From: Clostridia bacterium
GTDB lineage: Bacteria > Bacillota > Clostridia > UBA1381
DNA: 32,000 nucleotides
Assembly: GCA_036307445.1 (NCBI GenBank)
Contig: JAXJXP010000045.1
Location: forward strand, 5,587 to 37,586
Reading direction: 5' to 3'
This document shows, in pieces, positions 1 through 6,709 of this stretch (within the stretch, counting starts at the first letter, position 1; each line of letters starts with the position of its first letter). The notes beneath the pieces are model-generated. The model did not search any database. It was not told the origin of the DNA and saw only the letters and a list, made by a program, of their open reading frames with translations. Both the position numbers and the translations under genes were made by a program.

Positions 1-1
1 T

Positions 2-1105
2 TGCGAAAAGTGCGGATGGGTACCCGTTCCGGAAGAGCAGCTACCTTTGGAGCTTCCCGAAATTGACGAATTTGAGCCTGGCGAGAACGGTGAATCACCG
101 CTTGCAAAGGCAACAGATTGGATTAACACAACTTGTCCTCATTGCGGAGCACCTGCTAAGAGAGAGACTGATACAATGCCACAGTGGGCAGGCTCAAGCT
201 GGTATTTCTTAAGATACATTGACCCGCATAATAAAGAGGCACTTGCGTCAAAAGAAGCTCTTGATTATTGGACACCGATTGACTGGTATAACGGCGGAAT
301 GGAGCATACAACACTTCATTTGCTCTACTCTCGTTTCTGGCATAAGTTCCTTTATGATCTTGGCATTGTTCCGACTAAGGAGCCGTATATGCGCAGAACA
401 TCACACGGTATGATTTTGGGCGAGAACGGAGAAAAGATGTCCAAGTCAAGAGGAAACGTAGTAAATCCTGATGAGGTAGTAAACGATTACGGCGCTGATG
501 CAGTTCGTACATTTGAAATGTTTATCGGTGCATTTGACCAGTCAACCCCGTGGTCTCAGGACGGCCTAAAGGGTTGCTATAAGTTCTTGGAGCGTGTATG
601 GAACCTTCAGGATATGATGACAGATGAAGAAGGTTATAGCAAGGAGCTTTGCTCGAATGTTCACAAGACCATCAAAAAGGTCGGCGAGGACTACGAGAAG
701 ATGAAGTTTAATACAGGTATCGCTGCACTTATGAGTCTTGTAAATGATTTCTACAAGGCTGGCAAGGTTACTAAGGGCGAGTTCCTGACACTTATTACAC
801 TTCTTAACCCTGTTGCACCGCATATGACAGAAGAGCTTTGGGAAATGTATGGCAAGGGCGGACTTCTTTCTGTATCGCCGTGGCCTGAATATGATGAGGC
901 TTTAACTGTTGACAGCGAGGTTGAAATTGTTGTACAGATTAACGGTAAAATCAGAGACAAGATGATGGTATCTGCTGACCTCGACAGAGCAGGCATAGAA
1001 AATCTTGTTACAGAAAGTGATGCTGTTAAAAAGCTTGTAGACGGAAAGACAATAGTTAAAACAATAGTTGTCCCCGGCAAGCTTGTAAATATTGTAGTGA
1101 AGTAA
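2..1105 (+). CDS. leuS: Leucyl-tRNA synthetase, C-terminal part (5' end lies outside the window)
   Basis: The frame is open from base 2 (CEKCGWVPVPEEQLPLELPE...), so the TTG at 47 in the ORF track is not the true start. It has the class-I aaRS KMSKS motif (GEKMSKSRGN) and a LeuS-type C-terminal anticodon-binding region. A hairpin terminator follows directly. Confidence 0.95.
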   Translation, partial: CEKCGWVPVPEEQLPLELPEIDEFEPGENGESPLAKATDWINTTCPHCGAPAKRETDTMPQWAGSSWYFLRYIDPHNKEALASKEALDYWTPIDWYNGGMEHTTLHLLYSRFWHKFLYDLGIVPTKEPYMRRTSHGMILGENGEKMSKSRGNVVNPDEVVNDYGADAVRTFEMFIGAFDQSTPWSQDGLKGCYKFLERVWNLQDMMTDEEGYSKELCSNVHKTIKKVGEDYEKMKFNTGIAALMSLVNDFYKAGKVTKGEFLTLITLLNPVAPHMTEELWEMYGKGGLLSVSPWPEYDEALTVDSEVEIVVQINGKIRDKMMVSADLDRAGIENLVTESDAVKKLVDGKTIVKTIVVPGKLVNIVVK

Positions 1106-1107
1106 AA

Positions 1108-1138
1108 AAACAAGGTGAGATTTAATCTCACCTTGTTT
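1108..1138. terminator. Bidirectional intrinsic terminator between convergent leuS and the ABC exporter
   Basis: Perfect 11-bp stem ACAAGGTGAGA (1110-1120) / TCTCACCTTGT (1126-1136) with a 5-nt loop. It is flanked by an A-run upstream and a T-rich tract downstream, so it reads as hairpin plus U-tract on both strands. Confidence 0.7.
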
Positions 1139-2964
1139 CATTTTATGTCACTTAATTTTTTCAACTCGTAGAAATGTCCCTTCATTTCCATAAGCTCATC
1201 GTATGTTCCAATTTCTACAATTCTGCCTTCGTCCATAACAACAATCCTGTCAGCATCACGGATTGTAGAAAGTCTGTGTGCTACAATGAAGGTTGTCCTG
1301 TCTTTAAGAAGAGAAGAGATCGCCTTCTGAACGTGATGCTCAGATATATTATCAAGAGCAGAGGTTGCTTCGTCAAGGATGAGTATGCTGGGGTCTCTTA
1401 TGAGTGCTCTTGCAATAGAAATTCTCTGCTTCTGCCCTCCTGAGAGCTTGTCGCCGTGTTCGCCGACTATTGTATCTATGCCGTTTGAAAGCAGTGGCAG
1501 AAACTCACGTATATTTGCCTTATCAATAACGTCCTGAATCTGCTCCTCGGTAATACCCACCAAGCCGTATGTGATGTTGTCCCTTATTGAACCTTTAAAG
1601 AGAATGGAGTTCTGGGGAACAACAGAAATGTGATGTCGATAGGTGGGGAGGCTAAGCTCGTCGATAGACTTTCCGTCAACCTTAAATACACCTGAGGTTG
1701 GCTTGAGAAATCCTATAATCATATTCATAATTGTAGATTTGCCCGAACCGGATGCACCTACAAAAGCAATACACTCGCCTGGATTTACTTGAAGAGTGAA
1801 ATCCTTGATAGTGTCTTTATCAGCACCAGGGTAACGATATGTAACATTCTCAAAGGATAATGAGCCGTGTACATAACGAAGTGGTATCTTATCACTATTG
1901 TCCTCGATGTTGTCCGAAAGAACAATCTCCGAAACGCTTCGCACAGATTCCAGTCCTTTTGCAAGCTCGGGATATATGTTTACAATAGACTGAACGTTTC
2001 CGGAAATATTGTTAAAATATGACTGGAATACGACAATATTGCCTACACTAATCATTCCCTTTAATGCCAGTAAGCCCGAGAATACAAGGCAGACGCCGCT
2101 CATAATCTGACCGACAACCCACACAATTGAGCCGAAATAGGCATTGGTACGGTCAACAATATAGCCCTTTTCTTTAAGCTTTTTGATGTTAGACTCAAGG
2201 CGAGCAATTTCTTCGTTTTCAAGTCCGTGAGCCTTTGTAACGGGAATCATTTCAATCATCGTTGTCAGGTTTGCCGACATTGTTTCATTTTCTTGTCTGA
2301 ACATAAAATTGTTGGCGCGCATTTTCTTTCTGAAAAAGTTTACCAACAACACGTTAACAGGGACAATTAAAGCATAAAATATTGTTATTTCTCTGCTTTT
2401 AGATAACGAAATGAAAACCGAAACAATAATGTTAATAAGCGCAACGAGAACAGTTTTGACAAAGTGGCTGTTAAAAAACTCAATTGCTTCTATATCACGC
2501 AGAAACTTTGACTGAACACGTCCCGATTCGATTTCCTTATAATATGTAATCGAAAGCTGCTGAAGCTTTCTGACCATAGTATTACGAAGACCGGCACCAA
2601 TATTTCTGAGCATTGTATCGGTGTATTTAGCATAAAGAGTGTGAGTCGGTATGTTTTGAATAAAAACAATAAACAGCAACACAGCATTTATTGCAATAAT
2701 CTTATACACGTCTTCGGCTGGATTGGTAACCGCATCGATAATGTTGGCTGTAATAATCGGAAGAATCCATATACCCAAAGCTTTTACAATGTGGAGGATA
2801 CAGGAAACAAGAATCTTAAACCAGTTCGCTCCTAAAATACTCACCAGAATTTTAATTGGTTTCTTACGAACTTCGTCTACATTTTCATTAAACAAAGGCT
2901 CGTAATCGGGCAAAGGTGAATTTGCCTGTGAGTGTTTTGTTGTGTGCATATACATCACCGCCAT
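1138..2964 (-). CDS. ABC transporter, fused permease/ATP-binding protein (type-1 exporter, MsbA/MdlB-like)
   Basis: N-terminal six-TM-type hydrophobic region plus a C-terminal NBD with Walker A GASGSGKST, signature LSGGQKQR and Walker B ILILDEATSALD. No SD precedes the first ATG. GGTGA-N5-ATG suggests the start may be the third Met (MHTTKH). Confidence 0.9.
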   Translation of the reverse strand: MAVMYMHTTKHSQANSPLPDYEPLFNENVDEVRKKPIKILVSILGANWFKILVSCILHIVKALGIWILPIITANIIDAVTNPAEDVYKIIAINAVLLFIVFIQNIPTHTLYAKYTDTMLRNIGAGLRNTMVRKLQQLSITYYKEIESGRVQSKFLRDIEAIEFFNSHFVKTVLVALINIIVSVFISLSKSREITIFYALIVPVNVLLVNFFRKKMRANNFMFRQENETMSANLTTMIEMIPVTKAHGLENEEIARLESNIKKLKEKGYIVDRTNAYFGSIVWVVGQIMSGVCLVFSGLLALKGMISVGNIVVFQSYFNNISGNVQSIVNIYPELAKGLESVRSVSEIVLSDNIEDNSDKIPLRYVHGSLSFENVTYRYPGADKDTIKDFTLQVNPGECIAFVGASGSGKSTIMNMIIGFLKPTSGVFKVDGKSIDELSLPTYRHHISVVPQNSILFKGSIRDNITYGLVGITEEQIQDVIDKANIREFLPLLSNGIDTIVGEHGDKLSGGQKQRISIARALIRDPSILILDEATSALDNISEHHVQKAISSLLKDRTTFIVAHRLSTIRDADRIVVMDEGRIVEIGTYDELMEMKGHFYELKKLSDIK

Positions 2965-2981
2965 ATATATTTTTCAAGGTT

Positions 2982-3009
2982 ATTGTACCTAATTGAAAGT
3001 AAAAGTCAA
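2982..3009 (-). promoter_or_regulatory. Sigma-A type promoter for the ABC exporter
   Basis: On the minus strand: TTGACT (3009-3004), 16-nt spacer, TACAAT (2987-2982), just upstream of the CDS. Confidence 0.45.
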
Positions 3010-3051
3010 TACCATTTAATAAAATAAATTATTACTTTTCTGTTACGTAAA

Positions 3052-3077
3052 AGAACCACCGAAAAATCGGAGGTTCT
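3052..3077 (-). terminator. Hairpin downstream of proA (possible terminator)
   Basis: 10-bp stem AGAACCACCG / CGGAGGTTCT with one mismatch and a 6-nt loop. The U-tract is only TTT on the proA strand and better (TTTGTGTTTTT) on the plus strand, so the assignment is weak. Confidence 0.4.
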
Positions 3078-3085
3078 TTGTGTTT

Positions 3086-4333
3086 TTATATTCTTATTTG
3101 ACCGTTGCCGTAGATAATATTTTTTGTCGTTGTAAGTGCGTTTAAGCCCATAGGACCTCTTGCGTGCAACTTTTGTGTGCTTATTCCGATTTCTGCACCA
3201 AACCCGAATTCATAACCGTCGGTAAAACGAGTAGAAGCATTTACATAAACTGCGGCGGCATCAATCTCATTTAAAAACCTTTGAGAATTTTCATATGAGT
3301 TGGTTATTATTGCCTCGGAATGCCCTGTGTTGTAACAGTTGATGTGTTCAATTGCTTCATCTATATCCGATACAATCTTGCAGGAAATTATAAGGTCTAA
3401 GTATTCCGTTCCCCAATCCTCATCTGTTGCCGGGGTTGCGGAGGAAACAATTTTGCACGTCTTTTCACAACCGCGTATTTCCACACCCTTCTCAAGAAGC
3501 CTTTCTGCGATGGCGGGGAGCAGATGTGTTGCTTTTTCGTGTATTACAAGTGATTCCAAGGCGTTACATACACCTGTTCTCTGAGTCTTTGCATTTTCTA
3601 TAATATCAGCCGCCATTTGTAAATCAGCAGTTTCGTCAACAAAGATATGACAGTTTCCCGTACCTGTTTCAATTACGGGGATAGTGCTGTTGTTAACAAC
3701 TGTAGAAATCAATCCTGCACCGCCTCGGGGGATAAGCACGTCAATATATTTGTTAAGCCGCATAAGCTCGGTTACTGTTTCTCTTGATGTGTCTTCAATC
3801 AAAATCAAAGCATCATCGGTGATGCCGTTTTCTTTTAATGCTTCACATAACACCTTGCAGATTGCTTTGTTAGAATTGATTGCATCACTGCCGCCTCGGA
3901 GAATTACTGCATTTGATGTCTTAAAACAAAGACCGAACGCATCTGCGGTAACATTCGGGCGTGATTCGTAAATAATCCCGATTACACCTAAGGGTACACG
4001 TTTTTGCCCGATGATAAGTCCGTTCGGACGCTCTTTCATTGATATAACCTCGCCTACAGGGTCGTCAAGAGCGGCTATGTCGGTAAGGCCGTCAGCCATT
4101 GCTTTGAGTCTGTCGTCGGTAAGGCGGAGTCTGTCAATCAAAGAATCCTTTACACCTTTTTCCTTTGCAAGAGTAATATCCTTGTCATTTTCGGCGAGAA
4201 TAAAGTCCTTGTTGGCAATAAGAGCTTTTGCGGCAGAGGTAAGTGCGTTGCTTTTTTCGCTCTTTCCAATGAGTACAAGCTCTGCTGCAGCTTTTTTTGC
4301 TCGTTTTCCTATATTATCAAGATATTCCATCAT
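3086..4333 (-). CDS. proA: Glutamate-5-semialdehyde dehydrogenase (gamma-glutamyl phosphate reductase)
   Basis: 415 aa, the typical ProA length. It has aldehyde-dehydrogenase-like motifs IYESRPNVT and catalytic-Cys context [11 protein letters not shown], and is full length with no internal stops. Confidence 0.93.
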   Translation of the reverse strand: MMEYLDNIGKRAKKAAAELVLIGKSEKSNALTSAAKALIANKDFILAENDKDITLAKEKGVKDSLIDRLRLTDDRLKAMADGLTDIAALDDPVGEVISMKERPNGLIIGQKRVPLGVIGIIYESRPNVTADAFGLCFKTSNAVILRGGSDAINSNKAICKVLCEALKENGITDDALILIEDTSRETVTELMRLNKYIDVLIPRGGAGLISTVVNNSTIPVIETGTGNCHIFVDETADLQMAADIIENAKTQRTGVCNALESLVIHEKATHLLPAIAERLLEKGVEIRGCEKTCKIVSSATPATDEDWGTEYLDLIISCKIVSDIDEAIEHINCYNTGHSEAIITNSYENSQRFLNEIDAAAVYVNASTRFTDGYEFGFGAEIGISTQKLHARGPMGLNALTTTKNIIYGNGQIRI

Positions 4334-4342
4334 ATAAGCCTC

Positions 4343-4774
4343 TTATTTATCTGTGATTGCTACTGTGTTTGTGTCTTTTATCCATTCAACCTTAGCGCCA
4401 AGCTCCTCAATAACAAAGTGGAGCGGAACCATGGTTCTTCCGTTTGCGATTTCGGCAGGAACTTCAAGCGGTTTTTCTGTTGAGTTTACAAATGCAGTAG
4501 CCTGTCCAATCTGAAGAAATATAAAGTCAATTTTTGTGCCGTCATCCTTTATAATCATAGCAGTCTGAGTGTCGTTGTCCCAACCAACATTTGCGCCTAC
4601 AGCCTCAAAAACACCGCGAAGAGGAACCATTGTGCGATTGTTCTTGTAGTATGCGCCTGTGTCAAGCACGAGCGGAGTACCGTTGTAGGTGATGGTGATG
4701 TCATTTGCAAATGCAACGACGGTTGAAAATACAGCTGCAGTGCAAAGTACTGCAGAAATTAGTTTTTTAAGCAT
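4343..4774 (-). CDS. Small secreted protein with copper-amine-oxidase N-terminal (stalk) domain repeats
   Basis: N-terminal signal peptide (MLKKLISAVLCTAAVFSTVVAFA). It carries two copies of the Cu_amine_oxidN1-type motif (RTMVPLRGVFEAVGANVGWD and RTMVPLHFVIEELGAKVEW). The stop is 9 nt upstream of the proA ATG. Confidence 0.75.
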   Translation of the reverse strand: MLKKLISAVLCTAAVFSTVVAFANDITITYNGTPLVLDTGAYYKNNRTMVPLRGVFEAVGANVGWDNDTQTAMIIKDDGTKIDFIFLQIGQATAFVNSTEKPLEVPAEIANGRTMVPLHFVIEELGAKVEWIKDTNTVAITDK

Positions 4775-4853
4775 AGTAATACCAACCTTCCGTATGTAGT
4801 TTTCTCTATTATAACAAATGTTTCGGGATATTTCAAGTATAAATACGTAGAGG

Positions 4854-4882
4854 TTGACTATGAAATTTTTTGATGATATAAT
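4854..4882 (+). promoter_or_regulatory. Sigma-A type promoter upstream of the PQ-loop gene
   Basis: TTGACT (4854-4859), 17-nt spacer, TATAAT (4877-4882). Confidence 0.55.
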
Positions 4883-5006
4883 TATTTTATAGAAGAGAAA
4901 ATCTATGAATTGCTTGTGGTTGATTCATTAAATATGCTTGGTATCCAAATCGTTTGGTATTTTTACGGTGGAAAGCATATAATGTCAGAATAAAGGGAGA
5001 GATACT

Positions 5007-5306
5007 ATGGAATATTATGAAATTTGTGAAATGATGATGATTATTAGCTTTGGTGCTTCGTGGCCTTTGAATGTGATTAAATCATATAAGTCAAGAACAG
5101 CTAAAGGGAAAAGCCTTGGGTTTTTATGTTTAATTCTTTTAGGCTATGTTGCAGGAATAACGGGCAAGTTTATAAATAAAAAATATATGGGCAGTTTAAC
5201 ATCAAATTGGTATGTGTTATTTTTCTATTTTCTCAACTTTATTATGGTATTCATAGATTTTCTGTTGTATTTTAGAAATAAACAGCTTGATAAATTAGAT
5301 AAATAG
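5007..5306 (+). CDS. Small 3-TM PQ-loop / SemiSWEET-like membrane protein
   Basis: 99 aa with three hydrophobic helices. The motif FGASWPLNVIKSYKSRTAKGKSLGF sits at the position of the PQ-loop motif of single-repeat PQ-loop proteins. SD AAAGGGAGAG precedes the ATG. Confidence 0.6.
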   Translation: MEYYEICEMMMIISFGASWPLNVIKSYKSRTAKGKSLGFLCLILLGYVAGITGKFINKKYMGSLTSNWYVLFFYFLNFIMVFIDFLLYFRNKQLDKLDK

Positions 5307-5453
5307 GTTCAATATATTTAATCTTTCCAATGAACCGATTTGGTCTAATCGTAAATGCTGAGCCTACTCTTTATAACGGAAAGATGTCGAAAACTGCAAA
5401 AAATAATGACAGTATATGTTCCTTATTTAGCTAATATTTTTCGACAAAACCAC

Positions 5454-5482
5454 TTGACAAAATTCGTATATAGTGTTAGAAT
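5454..5482 (+). promoter_or_regulatory. Sigma-A type promoter of the carAB leader
   Basis: TTGACA (5454-5459), 17-nt spacer, TAGAAT (5477-5482), with an extended -10 TG (TGtTAGAAT). Confidence 0.6.
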
Positions 5483-5514
5483 ATATAAAAATTAAGAATT
5501 GAGGAGCAAGTGTG

Positions 5515-5589
5515 ATGGGTGTACTATACGGTAAAATGAATATGATGCCTGACGCATTTGGTTTTTCTTTTGACAAATTCAGACGATGA
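5515..5589 (+). CDS. Candidate 24-codon leader peptide (MGVLYGKMNMMPDAFGFSFDKFRR*) upstream of carA
   Basis: GAGGAG (5501-5506) lies 8 nt before ATG 5515. The ORF ends AGA CGA TGA, and those last codons form the 5' arm of the downstream terminator. Too short for the ORF track. Expression is not demonstrated. Confidence 0.3.
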   Translation: MGVLYGKMNMMPDAFGFSFDKFRR

Positions 5590-5624
5590 TTGAAAGTAGT
5601 TGCTTTTATCATTGTCTTTTTTTT
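5582..5624 (+). terminator. Intrinsic terminator / attenuator in the carAB 5' leader
   Basis: Arm GACGATGAT (5582-5590) pairs with ATCATTGTC (5608-5616), including one G-U. An inner extension pairs 5592-5596 with 5603-5607 with one bulged nucleotide. Eight T (5617-5624) follow. It lies between the promoter and the carA ATG at 5653. Confidence 0.7.
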
Positions 5625-5652
5625 GGACAAAATACAGCAAGGAGGAAAAGGT

Positions 5653-6705
5653 ATGAAAGCTGAATTGATTTTGGAAAACGGTATGCGCTTTGCCGGAGAG
5701 CTTTTCGGTGATGAACGTGAGGTTGTCGGCGAGGTTATTTTCTCTACAAATATGGCAGTAGGCTATCAGGAAGCTATTACAAACCCTGCAGCAGCAGGTC
5801 AGATTGTTGTTACAACATTTCCGCTAATAGGAAATTACGGTGCAAACACTATTGATATGGAGTCGGATAAGGCTGCAATGACAGCATTGGTTGTTCGTGA
5901 AAAGTGTGATTTTCCGTCTAATTTCAGATGCGAAAAAACACTTGACAGCTTTATGAAAGAGAAGGGCGTTGTGGGTCTTTGCGGTATAGATACAAGAGCA
6001 CTTACAAGGGTTATAAGAGATAACGGTACTATGAAGGGTGTAATCGCTTTGACTGATATGTCAGACGGTGATGCAGAGGCTAAGATGGCAGGATTTGATG
6101 AATCCAAGCTTGTTATGAGTGTTACAACAAAGGAAAAATATACTTATACAGACAAGGGCGACAGAAATGTTGCAGTAATTGACCTTGGTGTAAAGAAAAG
6201 CACATTAGAGGAGCTTGCCAAGAGAAATGCGAAGGTAACAGTATTCCCGGCAGATGCTTCTTCGGAGGAGATTATGGCAATAAAGCCTGATGTTGTTTTC
6301 CTTTCAGGTGGTCCCGGAAATCCGGCTGACGCCCTTGCGCTTGAAGCTGTAAAGGCACTTCTCGGCAAGGTTAAGGTTTGCGGAATCGCATTAGGACATA
6401 TGGTTATAGCACTTGCGCTCGGCTGCAAGGTTGAAAAGCTTTCATTCGGACATCACGGCGGAAACTATCCTGTTAAGGATATAGCGAGCGGCAGAGTACT
6501 TATTACTGCTCAAAATGATAATTATGTTATTACAGGGCTGGCAGACGGTGTTTCGGAGACGTTCAAGAATGTAAATGACGGAACAATTGCAGGCTTTGAA
6601 TGTAAGGATAAGAATGCAGAGGGAGTGCTCTTTACACCCAATGGCGGAGAAAGCGTATTCCAGGACGGATTTGTATTTGACAGATTTTTAGGTAAGGAGG
6701 ACTAA
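5653..6705 (+). CDS. carA: Carbamoyl-phosphate synthase small subunit homologue with a degenerate glutaminase active site
   Basis: Start re-set to the ATG at 5653 (GGAGGA SD), giving [10 protein letters not shown]..., which matches CarA N-termini. The ORF-track TTG at 5590 lies inside the terminator. CarA hallmarks [12 protein letters not shown] and ITAQN are present. The triad motifs read GIALGHM instead of GICLGHQ, and FTPN instead of (Q/F)HPE. Confidence 0.9.
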   Translation: MKAELILENGMRFAGELFGDEREVVGEVIFSTNMAVGYQEAITNPAAAGQIVVTTFPLIGNYGANTIDMESDKAAMTALVVREKCDFPSNFRCEKTLDSFMKEKGVVGLCGIDTRALTRVIRDNGTMKGVIALTDMSDGDAEAKMAGFDESKLVMSVTTKEKYTYTDKGDRNVAVIDLGVKKSTLEELAKRNAKVTVFPADASSEEIMAIKPDVVFLSGGPGNPADALALEAVKALLGKVKVCGIALGHMVIALALGCKVEKLSFGHHGGNYPVKDIASGRVLITAQNDNYVITGLADGVSETFKNVNDGTIAGFECKDKNAEGVLFTPNGGESVFQDGFVFDRFLGKED

Positions 6706-6709
6706 GAGT

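Noticed and set aside
751-1131. Long antisense or alternative-frame ORFs in the track. Examples are 751-1131(-), 3684-3971(+), 9202-9786(-), 10410-10952(-), 14490-14855(+), 15279-15629(+), 20330-20824(+), 22594-23148(-), 24919-25383(+), 28278-28673(-) and 30718-31101(-).
   Set aside because: Each lies entirely inside a well-supported conserved gene in another frame or on the opposite strand. Their compositions are low-complexity or Ser/Leu/Ile-skewed, as expected for shadow ORFs. They lack SD sequences and resemble no protein family.
5590-5652. N-terminal extensions implied by ORF-track starts: carA at 5590, rimM at 12310, aroA at 16210, feoA at 26557, the DtxR-family gene at 23822, yajC at 20755 and leuS at 47.
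   Set aside because: These are the most upstream alternative start codons, not real starts. In each case a downstream ATG with a good SD gives the canonical family N-terminus. The carA extension would begin inside the leader terminator, and the leuS frame is open to the window edge.
5483-5652. PyrR-binding attenuator, T-box or another known riboswitch in the carAB leader.
   Set aside because: I found no UCCAGAGAGG-type PyrR loop. The leader is far too short for a T-box and has no specifier or T-box sequence. The terminator is real, but the sensing mechanism does not match a known RNA class that I can recognise.
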